The notes under the pieces are model-generated. The model saw only the letters and a program-made list of their open reading frames with translations. It made no database searches and had not been told where the DNA came from. A DNA stretch of 64,000 nt from Gracilinanus agilis (taxonomy: Eukaryota): the NCBI RefSeq assembly GCF_016433145.1, contig NC_058136.1, positions 2,933,370 to 2,997,369 on the forward strand. The letters run 5' to 3'. Made by a program: the position numbers and the translations under genes. This document shows, piece after piece, positions 61,836-64,000 of the stretch. Numbering within the stretch: the first letter of the stretch is position 1; each line of letters begins with the position of its first letter.

Positions 61836-63167
61836 CAAAGGGGTTGGACTAGGTGGCCTCAGAGGTCCCCTCTAGTTTTAGGACTAGGATCATTTGTGTG
61901 ACCTTGGGCAAATCCCTTCCCCTCCCTGGGCCTCAGTTTTTTCCTCTATCAATTCAAGGAGTTTGAGGTCCTTTAAGCTCTGGAGCTATAATCCATGATG
62001 ATGACCTCCTATTGAGTATTCTTTTCACAACACAGCACCATCTGTTCATTTGAGTCCAAAGTTCTCTGCTAGGGAGGGGATATTATATCATTTAGATCTG
62101 GAAGGGGCTTTCTGAATCTTCTAATTGAACCCTCTCATTTTAAATAAGAAGAAACTTTGATGCAGAGGTGATCAAGAAACTCAGGCTCAAGCCAAGGTCC
62201 TTAGACTTCCCTTTCAAAACCTTTTTTTAATGTAGGCTCAATTTTCATCTCTGCCATGAAATTCCCTTGCCTATAACAGAAGGGGCTTCATACTTTCTAA
62301 AAAGTCTTCCAGCTCCAGCAGTGTATGATTTGGGGATTCCATAAAGCCTTTTCCACTAGCTCTAACCCATAGGGAACTCTCATTTAACTGATGTTCTACA
62401 TAGAATTTGGTGCCTGGATCACATAATGCAGTCCTCGATTCTTTTGCATTTAGTTGCCTCACATATGTCTAAGTCTTCTCCTCCCAACAACACTTGGAGG
62501 TTCTATACTTGTTCCACAAATCCCACCCATGTACCTTGGTACATGGGCCTTCAAGAAATTCTTACAAAGACTTCCCTCTTCTTCAGTAGAGGAGGGAGAC
62601 TACAAATGCTGAATGCTAAGAAATGGGGTACAGGTTGCTTTGCTTCTATCTTTTATTGGTTATAAGCAAGGGTTCTATTGATAAAATACTGTGGTATATT
62701 AAAAAAAGAACAAGAGGTATCACTGATGATACGGAATCTGGAGTGTTACAATGGAACCCTGGTGATATCAGGAGAAAGTGAGGAAAGCCTCTAGGATGTT
62801 GGTTGGATGTGTGGAAGGACATGAACAAGAGTGGCTCAGAATGGGTGTGCATGGATTGAGGAATGCCTGAATTGCTGAGATAACAGAGTCATTAGAATAG
62901 TTAAAAATCATGTAACTTTTTTTAAAAATAGCATTTATTTCTTTCCTTCTCCCTCCCCCCCCCAAATGCCAAAGTGCGTTGAATGGAAATGATCATGCTT
63001 TGGGACATTATGGAAGCAGCCAGATGTTTTTTTTTGAGCCAGATGTTTTGCATTACTTCCCCCACCCCCTCCAGAAGCTAAATCAGAGCTAGAAATCTTC
63101 CCTCACTTTATCTATCAAACAGAGTAAAATGAAAGGGAATTAAATAATCACTGATAAGAAGTAGTAC

Positions 63168-63284
63168 CTTAGGAGGCTGATCTTCAACTGGGTACTTGCT
63201 CCAAAACGGATCATCTTGCCCTGAGGTTTTAGGCCTGATGGCCACGTCTGAGAGTGAGTAGCTGTGGTGGTTGTCTTTACTTAG
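63168..63284 (-). CDS. Intermediate-region exon ending in PPK
   Basis: aacctccag|CTA (alternative in-frame acceptor gives start 63299) ... CCT AAG|gtacta; LSKDNHHSYSLSDVAIRPKTSGQDDPFWSKYPVEDQPPK; joins VPERTTS as in the paralog PPK|VP junction. Confidence 0.82.
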
Positions 63285-63774
63285 CTGGAGGTTCTCATTC
63301 TTCAAATATATCAAAATAGAAGGGATATACATACATGTCATCATAGACTCAGTCATCATCCTGATGGGCTTTTAAAAAGCCCTGAAAACAAGCATGTCAT
63401 TTCTTAATTTATAACAAATTACTTAATTTCTGACCTCAGGAGATGGTTGGAAACATGTCTATAGTTAATAGTTTCTTTGGAGTAAATAAAATGAAATTCA
63501 AACATGATTGCCATAGAGCAACTAAGATCAATGCTGGATTTAGCATGCCACATTTCTAAAGTGCTTTACAATCACAGGCCCTGGAAGATGAGCATAGTCC
63601 AATGAGGACAGCTACTATTTTACACAATGGTAAAACAAGGCAAGGAGTGTGCAGTCTAGTTATTCAAGATTGGAGCTGGGCCTCTTGATTAGACCCTGAC
63701 TTCCAGTTTGAGCCCCAAAGATGGCAAGATTAAGAAAGGTGGGAAAAGATTTCCAATGGCTATAGCTAAGGAAA

Positions 63775-63960
63775 GAGGCAAGGTGGCATAGTGAAGAGAC
63801 AGCTGGCTTTGGAGCCAGAAAGATTGGGATTCAAGGGCCAGCTTTGACACATACTAGCTACGTGACCTTAAGCAAGTCACTTAACTTCCTCTCAGTGCTC
63901 TAGGCCACTCACTAAGACTAGAAGTGGCAGAACAGACCACTTGAACTTCATTAGCAACAA
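63775..63960 (+). mobile_element. Marsupial CORE-SINE (Mar3-like); similar copies near 14790, 22140, 22530, 36540, 38340 and 57650
   Basis: CORE head followed by ctctcagtgctctaggc...ctaagactagaagt..cagaa, a tail shared by those copies. Confidence 0.5.
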
Positions 63961-64000
63961 AGATATCAGGGTCGTACCAACAAAATTCTCAATAACTTCA

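Larger units (their letters stand above)
1552..63284 (-). other. NRK: Spliced GCK-IV Ste20-family kinase gene (MAP4K4/TNIK/MINK1/NRK family), 3' portion: intermediate region plus CNH domain; probable marsupial NRK orthologue
   Basis: Chain of GT-AG exons with compatible phases encoding hallmark motifs PPK|[62 protein letters not shown]. Family assignment is strong. The NRK symbol is an inference: too divergent for the normally near-invariant MAP4K4/TNIK/MINK1 CNH. The 5' end is outside the window. Confidence 0.6.

Noticed and set aside
63366-63382. gggctttt-a-aaaagccc palindrome and nearby acceptor ttttcag
   Set aside because: The 8-bp arm is low complexity, and all three frames after that acceptor hit stops.
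1-64000. tRNA, rRNA, snoRNA, CRISPR or prokaryotic systems
   Set aside because: None recognised. A/B-box-like motifs belong to tRNA-derived SINE heads, and the DNA is intron-rich mammalian sequence.

Overview
This is marsupial genomic DNA, most likely a didelphid opossum (Monodelphis-like). The species call is an inference from SINE1/MAR1 CORE-SINEs, marsupial L1, L2, L3/CR1 and strong CpG depletion. The window holds the 3' part of one spliced gene on the minus strand: a GCK-IV (MAP4K4/TNIK/MINK1/NRK) Ste20-family kinase. Eight exons from 33846 down to the TAA at 1552-1554 have GT-AG boundaries and consistent phases, and encode a complete citron-homology (CNH) domain ending ...MTLGRNTFFNW*. 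Five more intermediate-region exons can be placed up to 63284; the kinase domain lies beyond the right edge. The protein is clearly GCK-IV but differs from all three canonical paralogs, so by elimination it is probably the marsupial NRK orthologue with an ancestral-type CNH. Two junctions in the intermediate region are unresolved; candidates include a 13/22-nt microexon. Introns are filled with nested retroelements, many with readable target-site duplications (TSDs), plus hAT MITEs. No tRNA, rRNA, CRISPR array or viral ORF was recognised. Paralog and repeat-family comparisons are from memory, not database searches. Repeat boundaries without a TSD are approximate.
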